A DNA stretch of 64,000 bases from Proteromonas lacertae (Eukaryota), in the NCBI GenBank assembly GCA_002245135.1, contig NGBS01000301.1:62001-126000 (forward strand). Direction: 5' to 3'. The number at the start of each line of letters is the position of its first letter. Position 1 is the first letter of the stretch. The position numbers and the translations under genes were made by a program. Of the stretch, positions 27,575 through 42,585 are shown one piece after another. Under the pieces are notes generated by a model. That model did no database searches. It was not told where the DNA came from and saw only the letters and a program-made list of their open reading frames with translations.

Positions 27575-30500
27575 TTGGATATTTTATGATCTTTAATATG
27601 CCATTGGAATCATATTCACCATTTATATTCTTCTTATATAAATCATTTAACACTTCAGGTAATTCGATTGTATTTATTCCAATTTCTTTACTTTCTATTT
27701 TGTATTTACTCAATCGATTTACTTCATTCTTCAGTTGTTTTATCATACTGTCTTTATCATTTTCTACAAGTTTTAATGAGTTTAATTCACATTTTATATT
27801 CCTGTTTTCTTCATGAAGTATATTATTTTCTTTACATATTTCTTCCATTTCTTTGTTATGTTCATTCATTATTTCTTCAAGTTTATGTTTCAATATTGAA
27901 TTATCATTTTCCAAAGATTTCATTTTGTTCATTTTATCATTTTCATTTACTTCAATTATATTCAGCTTTTCTTTATTATTGTTTAATTCTTTACTCATTT
28001 TCATTAATTCACTTCGATATCTTTCTTCAGATTCACTGTAACTTTTCATTTGATTCTTCAACGATATATTTTCATTCATTAAATTTTGTAATTTGTTCAT
28101 GTTTATATTCTTTTCTACTTCACTATCAAGTAAACCTTTCTCACTTCTATTAATATAAATAATAATAATAATATACTCTGTCTTGTATCTATTGAATTCA
28201 CTATTTATTGAATCAATTCGACATTGATAACCATTTACTTGGGATTTACATATTTCAATTTGACTTTCAGCATTATTCAGTTTTATCTCTAAACTTTGAT
28301 TCGCTGTTCTTAATTTGGTACATTCACTCTATTAGTAGTAATTATTATTATTATATATTTATACACTCGATTCTAAATATTGACTTCTTAATTTGTCTAA
28401 TTCTTCTTTGAATCGATTGATTGTATCTGTTTGATTCTCTAATAGTTGACTTGTACAACTGTTTTCTTCTAATGATTTGATTTGAGATTTTAATGAATCA
28501 ATGGAAGTTGAATATTCTAAATTCTTATTCTATTCATTATTATATAAGGTTATAAATACTTTCAATTCACTGTATTCTGTTTCATCGATTGTTATTTTAC
28601 CACTGTTTAAACTTGAATATATATCAACTTGTGATTGTAATTGTTTGATTTTTGATAAACTATCATTATATTTGTTATTAATATCTCTTAGTTTATTATC
28701 TTTATTTACTATATCTTGTTTTAATTCACTTATTTCATTCTCATATTTACGAGTTATTGTTGATATTGTATCATTTTGTTCACTTTGTCTGGAGTTTATA
28801 TTGTTATATCTTTCCTATAGACAAAATATAGTAAATAAATAATAAATAAATTATATATATGTATATAATACAGTTAATTGTTGGTTTTCATTCTTCAATA
28901 TATCAATTTCATTCAATAACTGTTCATATTCATTTGTTTTATTAGACAAATTCGTTTTATACTGTTCTATTGTCTTTGTAGATACTTGCAATTCGATTTT
29001 TAAATCAGATAATTCATTCATTAATTCTTTCTTATCTTCAACATTATTCTTAAGGCTTAAATGTGTTTCTTTCATTTGTTTAATGGTGTTTTCATACATA
29101 GATATGTTGGATTCATAACTTTCTATTTCTGATTTATGTTGTTCCTATATTATATTATAATATATATTTATATACTTCCATTATTTTATTTTGTTTTTTA
29201 ACAGCATTATAATCTACTTGTAGTTTATCATATTCTTGAGTTTTTAACAATATTTCATTCTGTAATTCAATTATTTGTTTCTCAGCCTCTGCTTTGGCTG
29301 TTCTTAATTCAGTATTTTGAGTGAGTAATGTATTTGATTGTTGACTACTTTGAAGATTGTGATTGGATAATTCTTCAGTCAAGCTTGATACTTGAGTTTG
29401 AAATAATTTCTTTTCATTCTGTAACTTTTGATTATCGAATTCTAACTTTGTATACTATCCATATAATAATAATATTATTTATACTTTGTTATTTAACTCA
29501 TTATATTCATTCTGAAGCTTTGGTATTTCATTCTATATTATATGTTATATATATATATATATATACAGTTTGATATTCATTCACTTGATCTTGTAGACTC
29601 TTCATTCTATTCTCTATATCTTGATACTTAATCATTTTCATATTTAATTCAGATAATTCATCATTCTTTTCATTCAATTCTCTTTCATACTGTTTTTTAC
29701 TTTCTTGTAATTGTGTAACAAGTGAATTTGAATCATTTGATAGTTGTCTCTATATTATATAATAATAATTACAACAATTATATACATTTTTAACATCAAT
29801 TTGTTGTTTTAAATCTTCAATATTCTGTTTCAATCTATTATTTTCTTCCATTAACTTCATTTCATTGTTTTTATATTGTTTTTTCATATCTTCAAATTGT
29901 GTCATTAATTGTCTATATTGTTGCTTCATTTTCATTGTTTATATTCTCTATCATCTTTCTACCATCATTACTCATTGACATTGATATATTTTATTGTTAT
30001 TATTATTATCGTTTATTGCTGGTATTTCAGGTAAATTCATTTCGTCATCATTCATAATATTGGATTGTGTCATTATTTCTGGAATATTCATACTGACATT
30101 ATTATTGGCAACTGATTTATTCAACTGTTGTTGTGCTGATGGTTGTTGTTGTTGTACAACAGGTTGTGTACTTGATGGTTTAACTGGTGATTGTCCAAAT
30201 GAGAATGATTCAATACTATCATCTATAATTGATGATGATGATTCATCTACTGGTTTCATTGTTCCTGTTATTACTGGAGATGGTTTATTATCGAAGTTTT
30301 CCTATTCATTTATATAATTATTATTATATTCTATACTTTTACTGGTGATAAATTAATACTACTTTCATCAAAAGATGACATTTTTATACTGATTATTTAT
30401 TGGCTGTTGTTGTTGTGTTGTTGAGTACTTGTAGGTACTGGTGTAGATTTGACAAAAGAAGATGATTGAACTTCACTTGAGATTATTTGAGAGATGTTTG

Positions 30501-30843
30501 CAGATGTTGTGACTGTTTCTCCTTTATCGATTTTTTCTTTCTCTTCAAGATATTTTTTACGATATAATTCATCACATGGATGTTCCCAAACACTTTCTCC
30601 TGTAGTTTGGTTGTAATAATATACATCTCCACTATTCTGAGATTTATATCCCTTCCATGGAGGAGGTAATGGCGCCTATATATATTATACATTATTGTTT
30701 ATTTATACTTTCACACCTTCATAAGCTAAATATCTCAACTGTGGATATTTCTCAATATCCATCTCTAAATAAGCAGCATAATCGTTGACTTCATCATCCG
30801 TTGGTTTATAATTAGGATCAACATCCTCTACAGGTTCATCCAT
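26802..30843 (-). CDS. CEP164-like protein: N-terminal WW module plus long coiled coil
   Basis: DPNYKPTDDEVNDYAAYLEMD...LAYEGVKAPLPPPWK...VYYYNQTTGESVWEHPCDELYR; many coiled-coil exons down to TAA at 26802. Confidence 0.78.
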
Positions 30844-30905
30844 AATTTTGAATTTTGAAATTGATTAATGAGATTTAAAAATGTAATTTTAAATTAATTT
30901 TCAGA

Positions 30906-30978
30906 GCGGGATTGGCTCAGTTGGAAGAGCGTAAGTCTCATAATCTTAAGGTCGTGAGTTCGAACCTCACATTCCGCA
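30906..30978 (+). tRNA. tRNA-Met(CAT), elongator type
   Basis: Cloverleaf: acceptor gcgggat/attccgc, anticodon loop CTCATAA with U31-U39, T-loop TTCGAAC, downstream T-run terminator. Confidence 0.95.
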
Positions 30979-31213
30979 ATTCATTTTTTCTTTTTTATAT
31001 AATTCTTTTCTATTAATATTTAGTCATTCATTATCACTCCTTATTCAATGTTTTAATTATTAAGAAGAATAAATATAGAATATCATTATAAATATGTTAC
31101 AAATATCGTGTTTTTATTAGTCGTGTTTATAAACACAATTTGTATTATCAATAGCAAATATATTTAGCATATTAATTTTTAAATAGTATAAAAACAAGCC
31201 TAAAGAAATAAAA

Positions 31214-32072
31214 ATGAATTTCATCACCAGCAAGATCAAGATCAAGTTCAATGGGAATGGAGAAAGAAACAATAATAATGAATAAAGAGATGGAAAACAA
31301 ATACAAAATACCATTATCACATCTAAGAAGAGTATTTTAAGTTAATTATATATATACAGAAGTATTCAGAAGCTGCGCTTGAACAACTCCTTCGTGTTTT
31401 TCAAGCTTATGATGTAAACTTTTCAGGATATATAGGTAAAGATGTATTTCCGAAACTATGTCGAAGATTTGGATGTTAAACCATGGAAAGCTATGAAAGT
31501 AATATTAAAATATTACTTAACATTTTAATATAGGAAATATGATATTGAAAATGGAAAAATTTCTTTTGAACACTTTGTTAATTGGTGGTTTAACAAAAAC
31601 ATTGAAGTATAATTGATTTAATGTATATAATTAATAAGCATAATAAGCATGAAGAAAAGTATGTAATGCATATATTAGATAATTATGAAGAACAAAAGTC
31701 TGGTTTTATCTCTCCAGGAAATTTGGTTGAATTAGCTAATGATTTGGGAATTAAACCGTGGCATGTATATTTATTGTTGTTGTTATATTGTTTTATTATT
31801 AGATATTTAAAGAATTGGAAGTTGATCCAAAAAAAGGAGTAAAGAAAGATAAAATAGTAAAATGGTGGTTTCAACAAGATATATCTAAAGATAATGATCA
31901 AGGTCATTTGATGTTCATCGAAGAATTAAAACCAGTTCAAGCAATAAATGAAAAACTTTTGAAAATACAAGGTGAAATTGCTGAAGTATAGATGTATATC
32001 ATCATAACATTATAGATCTCTGTATTGCTTCAAATGATAAACCCATCAGAGCCAGATGTAAGGAATAACTAA
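31214..32072 (+). CDS. EF-hand protein, paralog 1 (two apparent frameshifts; pseudogene or assembly error)
   Basis: YDVNFSGYI loop, KPWKA and WWF motifs shared with the downstream paralog; extra bases at ~31220 and ~31462. Confidence 0.6.
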
Positions 32073-32167
32073 CAAACAAAAGTATAACTGATTTGCATTT
32101 TTTCTGTGTTTTTATTGGCTGATTATTCAAATTCAAAAATCTTTTAAGTCTTTATATCTTGCTAAAT

Positions 32168-33002
32168 ATGGAAGAAACTCTCGCTAAAAGTGCAAATATC
32201 TCTATTCCAGTTTATGATGAAGTTATCAAGAAGTTAGGAAAGGTATATTTTGATTTCTATATTTGCAAAGAGGTTCTCAGAATTGGGATTACAACAAATC
32301 AAAAGAATATTCCTTTTATATGATTCTGACAAGACTGGGTCTGTTTCAGTTGAAATGCTTCCCAAGATCTGTACTGACTTAAACATAAAACCATGGAAGG
32401 CCTTGAAAGAATTTGAAGTTAATGATGGTAAAATCACATTCGAAGCATTTGCAGATTGGTGGTTTAGTCAAGGAGTTCAAGTATTATACTTATTCTATTG
32501 ATATTCATAGCATTCACGTGAAGAAGAGGAATATGTTAGTCATATATTCGACAAATACGACACTGGCAACACTGGCAAGATCGATGCTAATGATTTAGTT
32601 AAATTGTGTTTAGATCTTAACGAAAAGCCATGGAAAGCATATAGAGAAATGGATGTAGATGCTAAAGAAGGAATAACCAAGAAGATATTCTTAAAATGGT
32701 GGTTTAGTTTACATGATCAATCAACTCACAGTTTACCTACATCATCATCCACTCAAAAGGATAGTACAACTAACAATAATGCTGCTGTAACTCCATCTAA
32801 ATTCCGTCCAAAGAGATCCAGTCTTACTGTGTCAACATCAACACCTTATGTTTCAACTTCATCTTCATCATCTACTTCTCAAGCTAAGAAAGTACAAGAA
32901 GCAATGAAGAAGTTATCAGATATTCAAATTCAAGTTGCAGAATTATCATCAATGCTTGCATCATTAATGACACCTTCTGCTTCTTCACCTAGTCACAGCT
33001 AA
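32168..33002 (+). CDS. EF-hand protein, paralog 2
   Basis: YDSDKTGSVSVE and YDTGNTGKIDAND EF loops; duplicated KPWKA...WWF unit; C-terminal short coiled coil. Confidence 0.8.
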
Positions 33003-33142
33003 TCAACATATACACATATGCCTTAATGATTAATTATATTATTCATTATTTCTCTATAATATTATTTGTGTGTGTGATAATAGTCCTTTAATAAAAGAAT
33101 AAAATAAAAATAATAGTAATATTAGTGTAAAAACATTCATTT

Positions 33143-34060
33143 TTATTTGGCTAAATTGTTTAGTCTTCTCTCTAACTCATCTAAGGATGGAGCTGGACCT
33201 CCACCTCCTCCCATTCCTGGATTGAATTGTGGTGGTGGATAATTAGATGGAGGTTGTAGTGGTTGTTGTTGAGGGAATTGTCCATATTGGTTATTAAACT
33301 GTGGTGGTGGTGGTTGATATTGTGGTTGTTGTTGTGGTGGTTGTTGACCATATGGTTGAGCTAACATTGGTTGTGCATACACAGGTTGTTGATAAGCTGG
33401 AACACCAACAGTAGCTCTTGGAGCTAAATCAACAGCAGCCATAGCTTGCATATTCCTCATATATTGATCTATATCTTCTTCTTGACAACAATTACCAGTA
33501 CCCATTGCCATTTGCATCCCTTCAGTTCTATATAATTACTTAAATATTCATATATATACATTTCATCTAATTGATGTTGTTGTTCTTGAAATTGAGTTAT
33601 ATTTGCTGTTATATTGCTGTTTTGAATTTGTTTATTTATAGCTCCCATTGCAGAAGAAGCGTTTTGAATTGCTCCACCTACTTGCATCTGTACTTGACCT
33701 GAATGAACAACGCCTTTTGTCTTATCCATCTGAATCATTTGTTGAGTGTACATTTGAGCTTGCTTCTTGTGAGTAATAGACATCTATATTATATTTAATT
33801 AATAAATTCTTTATACTTGACCATATTGACGAGCTAAAACAGTATTACCGCTACGAAGTGCCTAGAAATTAAGTCATTACCTTATACTTTTTGGCATTCA
33901 GTATCATATTTTTTGGCTTCTCTTTCTTCACTCATTGCAGCTTGTTTCAATTGACTTTGTAATATAGATAAATTACTCATAGCAGCTATATGTGAATTAT
34001 TGAAATATGAATACTAACTCCATTAGGTTGTTGGGGAGCAGACTTGCCAATGAAAGGCAT
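33143..34060 (-). CDS. ESCRT-III CHMP1/Did2-like (Snf7 family)
   Basis: Helical core (ALRSGNTVLARQYG, MQVGGAIQNASSAM, ITQFQEQ) and C-terminal MIM1-like DELERRLNNL. Confidence 0.75.
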
Positions 34061-34212
34061 TTTTTATTCTAGTGCAAAAAACAAATATATTCGTTTCAAT
34101 ATTTTGTCAAAACATCTGTTTTTCTTTACAATCAACTAACAAACACATTTCATATAAGGAATATAGTATATAGAATAATAATAAAGGGGGTAATATAATT
34201 TAGAATGTTTTT

Positions 34213-37200
34213 CTAATGATCTTTCAACACCTCTCTTGTAATTCTCTTGGTGCTTCTATGAGATCTAACATTTCCAACAGTATCCATTATACGATCATTA
34301 GCTACATTACTATTTTCAATCACTAATTTTCCATCCAACTTTTCATCTCTTACTAATGGAACTGGAACTGACCAAGCTGATTTAATATTTGGTTTTCCAC
34401 TTATATAACTCTCAAATGCTTCAACCCATCTCTTTGCAATTTCATTTTCATTTTCATTTTCACCTCACAACTACACACTTTGAAGTGTAAATCTCGAATA
34501 TTCTCTCCTTTCTCATAATTCTTGATTGTTGATTCATTTACAGTGAATATTGCATTGAATTGATTAGTACCTTCAGTGTATTTCACTTCTTTTAAACACT
34601 CCATTTTGTAGGCTTGTTTTTCTCCTACATAAACATTACCGTAATAACTTGGAGTCATTGATTCGTATAATTTCATTTCATATGGGATTGTAGTACAATA
34701 CACAGTATCTTCTTTGATAACCATATTTTCCTTCTTTCATCAAATATCCTTCTAAAATAATTGCTTTTTCATAGGGATGGTAAATATCATCTTCATTTAC
34801 TTTTTGTTCTTCTTTCACTTTTTCTATTGGAATAACTTTCTCACAGATTTCTAATTGCTTTTTCTCCATTTTCGATACTTTGATTTTATCAACTACTCGA
34901 TAGGTAACTACACCAATTACAATTGCTAATACAACAACAACTAAAACAATTAGGAGTATTACATACCAATACTTTTCAGACCAAGATTCATTATCTTCTG
35001 TAGGTAGATTTGGATTAATATCATCAGCTAATTGTGTAATACCTAATTCAGTATCAGTACTAGGTGGTTTATCAGGATCTATGACTGTTCCACTTTTTTC
35101 TAATAATTCACTTACTTCTGGATTATCATTCTTGGCTATACTATCTATAGCTTCAGTTAATTCTCCAAAGAATGTTGAGAAATCTTGAATTTCTTGTAAT
35201 GATCTTTTATTATTATGAATAATTGTATTGTATTTCTTTGTATTTGTTTTCATTGTCAATTTAATTTCAGTTGATTGTGCTTCTCTAGTTATAAGTTGCT
35301 TTGTGATATCTGTATACCAATAATGACTATTATTGAATAACACTCTATCTAAAGTTTTAAGGAATTCAACTTTAAAATCAATACCGCTATTAGTATTTTC
35401 AATTGTTATAAATGTAAATGTTGTTGTTACATTTGTACATAATTCACCTTCTTCATGTTTACAACATACACCCATTTCGTCAGGATTCTGACATCCTATT
35501 AATTAAAGATAATAAAAATAATATATACCTTGTTTAATAAGAGGTAAATTTAATACATAATTCATATCATATTGATCTGATGTAATATTGATTTTCATTT
35601 GCTTTTCCATAGCAACAGCTGATTCAGCTTCATCAGTTGTTATATTAAGTTTGAATGTGAATATTTGACTACAGGATTCTGATACTGTCTGTTCATTTAC
35701 TAATACACTATCTTGTGTCACATTATAGCTATTATCATTACCATTATCAACACTCCATGTTAAAGTCATTTTTACATCCTCTAATTTTGGTATATTAAAC
35801 TCTTCATCTGTAATTACTGGACAAGCAACAGGAATCTTTATCTCAAATGGTTGATTTACATAAACCATTACAGGCTTACTTACTCTTGATACATCAATTG
35901 ATGGTTTATAATCTATATTTTCTTTCACACGTACAGTAAATGAAGTAGATCTGTTAGAATGTCTTGCACTATAGCAAGTAATTCTACATACACTCATTGT
36001 CAATGCAGTGTTTGGTATTATAAATAATCCACCATCTCCTTTCTGAATGTCATCATTACTACATCTTGTTATATATTGTATATCATCTCCTGTTTGAACT
36101 TTTGGTGATACTGTGTTTACTTTACCACTTTCTGCATTACTTACTTTAAAAACATAATCAGGTCTTTCATATGAACATTCTGTATAAGGAGGATTACATG
36201 AATCATAAACACGATTAGATTTTTCATATATAATATCAAATAACTCTGTCTGTTTTTCAATCAAGTAATTAATTCTATTTGCATCATCTACAACATCTGG
36301 ATCAACTTTATATGATATATTGAAAGACATTTCATCCTTTACTTTTTCTACTGTTAGATTATAAAATACTAATCCTTTTTCTATTAAATAATTGGGTATA
36401 TATTTAATAATTTCATTGATTACTGCGTTATCATCAGGTTCTTCTTGCGAAATTTCACTATTCACTGGATCACAGAATTTGAGTATATAATCAACTCTTT
36501 TAGGTAGTTTAGATGGATCAACAGTTGGAATAACTACTCCTCCTATTTCACTTACTATCTTATCAACAAAATAACTACTATAACTATCAAACAAGTTTCT
36601 ATATTTATTAATCAATTCTTCTCTATTACTAATATAATCTTTACCTATATCATCATTATCAATAAATTTTCTATAGATTGGATATCCTCTTGAAGTAAAG
36701 TATTTATTTTCATTATCTTTTGTTGTATAGAATTGTATAACATCTGAACTACCTACACTATTCCTCAATCCTATTGTAAAAGCTGTCATATTAAGTGAGA
36801 ATATTTGTCCATATAATATTTCAAAGAAAGTGTTATTAATTTTAATGTCATGAGCTTTTATATTGTAATCATCACTTTTAAATTCAGCTTCTTCATATAA
36901 AGATTTATCAGATGGTATTTCTTCTAGATTTACTGTTATAGTCTTTATTGCATTTTTTAATTTGCTTATATCTAATTCTTTTAAACTTACTTTGTTTAAA
37001 TTTAAACCAACAGATTTAACAGTCAATTGCTTATTTGAAACAGAGAATTTTATGGTTTTACATTCTTTTATTAATGTATCTAAAAACATTCTGCAACGAC
37101 CATCTTGTTTTTCAACGTTTCTATTTATACATATAATAAATATAAATACTCAAATGATATAATTAATGATTCACATCCATAATTATTCATCATTTGTTCA

Positions 37201-40200
37201 GTAACTTCAATTCTACTTTCTTGTTTGTCAATATTTGCATCTGTGAATGACAATTCAACTATTATAATAATATATATTAATATATTATACAATTCTCTTG
37301 ATTAGGTTTAGTTGTTACTAACTTTACTCCATATGAATATTCATCTCCATAACCATACATGTGATTATAATTTGTATGATTAACAAAAATGAATTGATTA
37401 GATGTAATGAAAAATCCAGAATAATAACCGTCTTCTTCTTTTTCATCTCCAACAATATCTAATGGACTTGCTTTTAAATGTTCATAATAATATCCAGTGT
37501 AAAGATTTTGGAGAATTCTTTCGTTATAATTAATTAATGGTAATTCTCTTTTCTTATTGTTACTATCATCATCTTTCTTACCTTCATTGTTCTTTACTTT
37601 TTTATCTAATATTGCCTTATATGAATTAATTATGGATTTAATTGATTGCTCAAGTTTGAGTGTAAAAGTCACATCTCCCTCAGTATCTATAGAATTTTAT
37701 AATATAATATAATATATACAAAAGTTTCCTTTCCAGTCACTATCTGTATACATGTTATAAACATCATCATTATATAGACGATAACCTCTATAAAATATAC
37801 GATCTTTCTTCTCAGAGAAATAAAAGAATTCTACTCTTGATCTATCATCTTCATCATAAAAATATGTTGAATTGTCACTTTCAGTCATATTTATTCCATT
37901 TGATTGTATTGATAATCCATTATCATTTACAAAACAAGAGTAATAAGAATTTGGTGTATAAATAGTCATCTCTTCATCAGAATCCATCACACTTCCTTTA
38001 ATTCTTTCCGCATCAACTGGATATGTCTTTGAATGGATATTCTCAATAAGATATTTCAATTCTGGTTCAGCTATTAATAATTATAAAAATATATCATATA
38101 TACAGTGAGTCACATAATAATAATTACTTGATGATGAACAAGATGTACTTCTGTATTGAAAATATATATCTCCATAAAAATATATTGGCTTTCCATATTC
38201 GATTATGTATTTATCTAGAGTTGGTTTGATACATTCTTTATTTTTCAATTCAGAGTATTTATATTCTTTTTTTGCTTCGACACAATCTTTTGCTATTTTA
38301 CTCTCTTTTATTTCATTATCACTAAAATAGAATATTGTTTTTTCTTCATCTAAAACAACATTATTAAATGTAATTATAGAACCACTTCCATATAATTCAT
38401 ACTTATATACTATTTTTGCCATTCTTTCGTCATTACTTTTCTTGTATAATAAACAACACTCACTACTTGTTGCTAATACCAAATAGTCACTTTTGCATGT
38501 TTGATTAAATGAATTGACTATTTGAATGTTTTGGTCTCTAATTCCCTTACGAACTGTAGAATATAAATCATTCATTTTGGAAGTATCATAAAACTTAAGA
38601 GCATCTCTAGCATTGTTTTCAGTCGAATATTTGTGCATTTTTTCGTTCTTATAATTTTCAACATATTTTCTGGTAGGGAAATAATAATCACTTCTATCAT
38701 AAGTATAAAAAACATCTGATGCAGAACCAGGATATGTGTAAAAGAATTTTGATTGACTAGCACATCTTGATGTGAATGACAATTCTTTTTCAGAATAATC
38801 ATCACATTTTATTTCATATGAATTTACATTACATATTTCGCATACTTTATTTCCAACTTTATATATAACTGATGGTATTGATAATGATTTATCTTCTGGA
38901 ATAGGTACTATATTCAACGTTATTTTAGGTATTACATCAGTAAATAAACTAACATCTAACCTGTTTCTACTCATATAAAAATCATATGAATTAGAGAAAT
39001 CGCTTCTACTTAATGTAATTATTTCATTTCCCCATTCTAATTTATATTCCAGCTTTGTAACATTTTTATTAATCATATTTATAACCTCATTATAAGCTTT
39101 AGAGCATTTTGTTTTTAAATCTCTATTGAAATATATATTTTATAATTACATACTTGATTGATATGAATGATCTTGAACAATTGTAATCTCTACTTTGTTT
39201 CAATGACAATTCTACTCCACTTAATTCTTGGTTGATTGTATTAGTGTTTATAGTAATAACTTCTATAGATATTATATAAGTAATTAATCATATACTCTTT
39301 TTGTCGTAGTTATCTATTATATATTTCATTTGATATAATGTATCTATGTCATATTCTTCTCTTCGTTCTTGAATAATAAATATCAGTTGTTTCTCATTAG
39401 TAAATATAGCACCATACAGAATATTTATATTATTCCAGGAATTCAATTGCTCATAGTAATACTCTTTGGTATTATCTAAATTTCTTGATTGGGTATTATC
39501 AGATAAACTTACTTCCTTCAATTCATTAGCTGAGGTTTGATTTAAAAAATCTGTTAGTTTGTTACTGATATTCTTCTTATATGCATCTTCAAATAAATTC
39601 AATATATCTTCTTTTCTAACAGCAGTTCTAACCTTTGAATAATAGCATCCATTAAAGCAATAACCTTGGTCTTCTATATAAACATCATCATCAGGATTTA
39701 GTTTTATATAAACTTTAGATGATGGTATAATTTCTGTTCTATTTTCATACATAATAAAGATAGTATTGTCATATTTGAATTGAAAAGAATACCCACTAAA
39801 ATTACTTACATGCAAAGATGCATAAAAATATGGAGTGAATACTTCAACATCTTCTGATGATGATTGAAAATCATATAAAAGGGAAGAATCAACAGGATAT
39901 GTTTTATAGTGATAGTTGTTAAGAATGTACTTTAAATCATCTGATGAACCTAATACAAAATAAATATAAACAATAATACTTATTGTTCCTGGAATATTAT
40001 ATGAAGAAGAGTATATCCATCCTCCTTCATATTTCTCTGGTAATTCTATATTCTTAATGATAGTATCCACATCTTTCTTTACTATATCACATAAACCTTT
40101 TATCTCTTTGTAGGTATATTCATTTTTCATCAAATTACATCCTGTGTTTTGATTGAAGTCATTAATTCTTTTATCACTAAAATAGAACCAAGATTTATCT

Positions 40201-40729
40201 TCGTTTAAAGTAAAGTTTTTGAAATATAAATAACCTTGATCAAAAACATAATCATATTGATATTCTATTTTGAAAAATCTATCTTCCCATATCTTTTCAA
40301 CTATTGCAAAACTGTCATTCAATAAATAATAAGCCATGTTTTGATAATCTCTTTTATAAAAATATCCTTTTGATTTAAATATTTCATCAAATGAGTCTGA
40401 TGAACCACCGCTAGTTGGATCAATCGTTGGATCAGGTAATAATGATGGAGTTGGTCTAGATGCAATAATATCATCACATATTTCAATTATCTGATTATAC
40501 ATAATATCTCTTTCATTTTTGAATAATTGATATACATTTTCATCACCTATTGATAATAATAAGAGTAAAAGATATCTATATACTAGTTTTTTCGTATGTA
40601 ACACCTTCCAAATATTTTGTACTAACTAATGGAAGCTTAGCATTTTCATAAATAGTAATGTTATTACCAGTTTTTGGTATTCCATAGTAATACTTATTAT
40701 TACATTTTACATAAGATTGAGTAGCTAAT

Positions 40730-40760
<31 letters not shown>

Positions 40761-42585
40761 CATTCTGTAGGTTTCATAACAGTATGCTTAATACTAAGTC
40801 CATTCTTATTTGTAAAAATATATAAACCTTTATAATGATATATGTCGGACAAACTATTATCAACAGCATAAACAAATGCATCATTAATTCTAATTGTATT
40901 CTTTGTCACAGTATTGGTTATAAAACTAACAAAATCTATTGAATCAGAAATTGTTTTGTTTTTAAACAAAACATTTGTCTTTTCTCCTTTTGTATTTTGT
41001 ACAGAAACACTCTTATCATCAGCAAATGTGAAAATATAACCAACATATTCTCCAACTAACGATTCTACGTAATCAACTGCTTTGTTGCATGAAGTTGAAA
41101 CATTTCTAAAGAAATATAACAATAATAATAACAATACGCTAAGGAAATAAACTCTGTTGAACAACTAAACTCTGTTGCTTTATCTTTTGGTAATTCAATA
41201 CCACTATTTTTATTATCAATTAATTCTCTTGTAAGAGTAAATGCTATTCATTATATTATAATTATATATCTATACGTTTGGTCTTTTCTGTAACAGCAAT
41301 TACTAATTGTAATTTAAACAGATTCTCTTGTGTTTGATCTATCGCATTACTCTGTATTATCATTATAAATGTTTCTCCTAAATTGAAATATCCTTTATAG
41401 ACATTTAATTCATTCGTTTCAGCATATAGAAACTTTGTATCTACAGTTTCTGTTATAATTCTTTTTGGAACATTCTTTACTGGTGATGATAAAAGCGAAG
41501 AAGCCAGTGCATCATATTTTTCATCAAATAAAGTTGTAATCTTTCTATAAACATTATCATATTTCTGTTTAAAATCATCAATATTACTATAATATTTTAT
41601 ATAATCAGCACCTTTAAATAATTCAGCCCAATAATTTTCTCCTAATATAAATATCATATCACCAGATTCTTCCAATGCTATCGCAGTTACACCTATACTA
41701 CTGTAATTCTCATGAGGTTCAAAACTCATTGAGGAAGTACTTTGCTTTAACGTATAATCACTTTCTCTATAGCTTATATCTGAACTGTACATGTTGCCAT
41801 TGTAGACTACATCTATATGGCTCCTCTCAGAATCACTAAAGTGTTGTATACCCATTTTATCAACATCATCTACAGGAAAAGTCTTTGCTTGCATTTTGTT
41901 AATTATATATCTAGCAGTACCATCTTTTATATCATCTTCTTCATCTATATAACTATATAAAATACTAGTTCATACAGATATCATAAGTTTGTACTACTAC
42001 GTCAGCAAAATTAATATATAAGTCAGTTGCATATTCTTTCACTTCAACCGTTATTTTTTGAGGTAAAGGCAGCTCTTTTTCATATGATTTAGCTAATGTT
42101 TGAATTTTTTGGCAGGAAGTGCTGGCCTCTTGAAAACTTATTTTCTCCTGGATTGTAGAACACCCACTTACACTATTATAAGAATTTACTTCTGTTGAAT
42201 TGAGGTATATAAAAGAATTTGATTTATCAAGTGTAGGATTCTCTATCAAATACTCATCTCCTGTTACATTGAGAGTATATTTGTAGACTAGTTTATATCC
42301 ATTTACTTCTTTGAAATATCGTTTAGTCAAAACACCAAATGTGTCATTTGTGAAGACATAACCAGCATTAAGAGACTCAGCATATCCGGTAAGAGCTAAT
42401 TTTTTAGCATCCTTGGTTTGCATCGCTCTGTTAACTTTTCGAACATTGGATCTGACAGTTGATCTACTTAATCTTTCACCTAATGGGCTAACAGCATTTG
42501 CATTGTGAAGACAAATGATGATGAGCAAGAAACCTATGAACAATAGACGCTATCATATCATACAAAAGAAATTCTTGACTGGCAT
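34213..42585 (-). CDS. Very large type I membrane protein: repeated ectodomain, TM helix, cytoplasmic PH domain
   Basis: Signal peptide after a 30-nt intron; three KT(Y/F)PVD-marked repeats; TM WYVILLIVLVVVVLAIVIGVV; PH motif LEGYLMKEG..YQRRYCVL; frameshifts at 34684-86 and 34463-64. Confidence 0.7.

Noticed and set aside
34463..34686. Frameshifts here and at 24966, 31220 and 58962 as programmed frameshifting, editing or pseudogenes
   Set aside because: Each is a single-base change in a short homopolymer within an otherwise intact gene, and for the PH-domain gene the paralog shows the correct frame; long-read assembly error is the simplest explanation.
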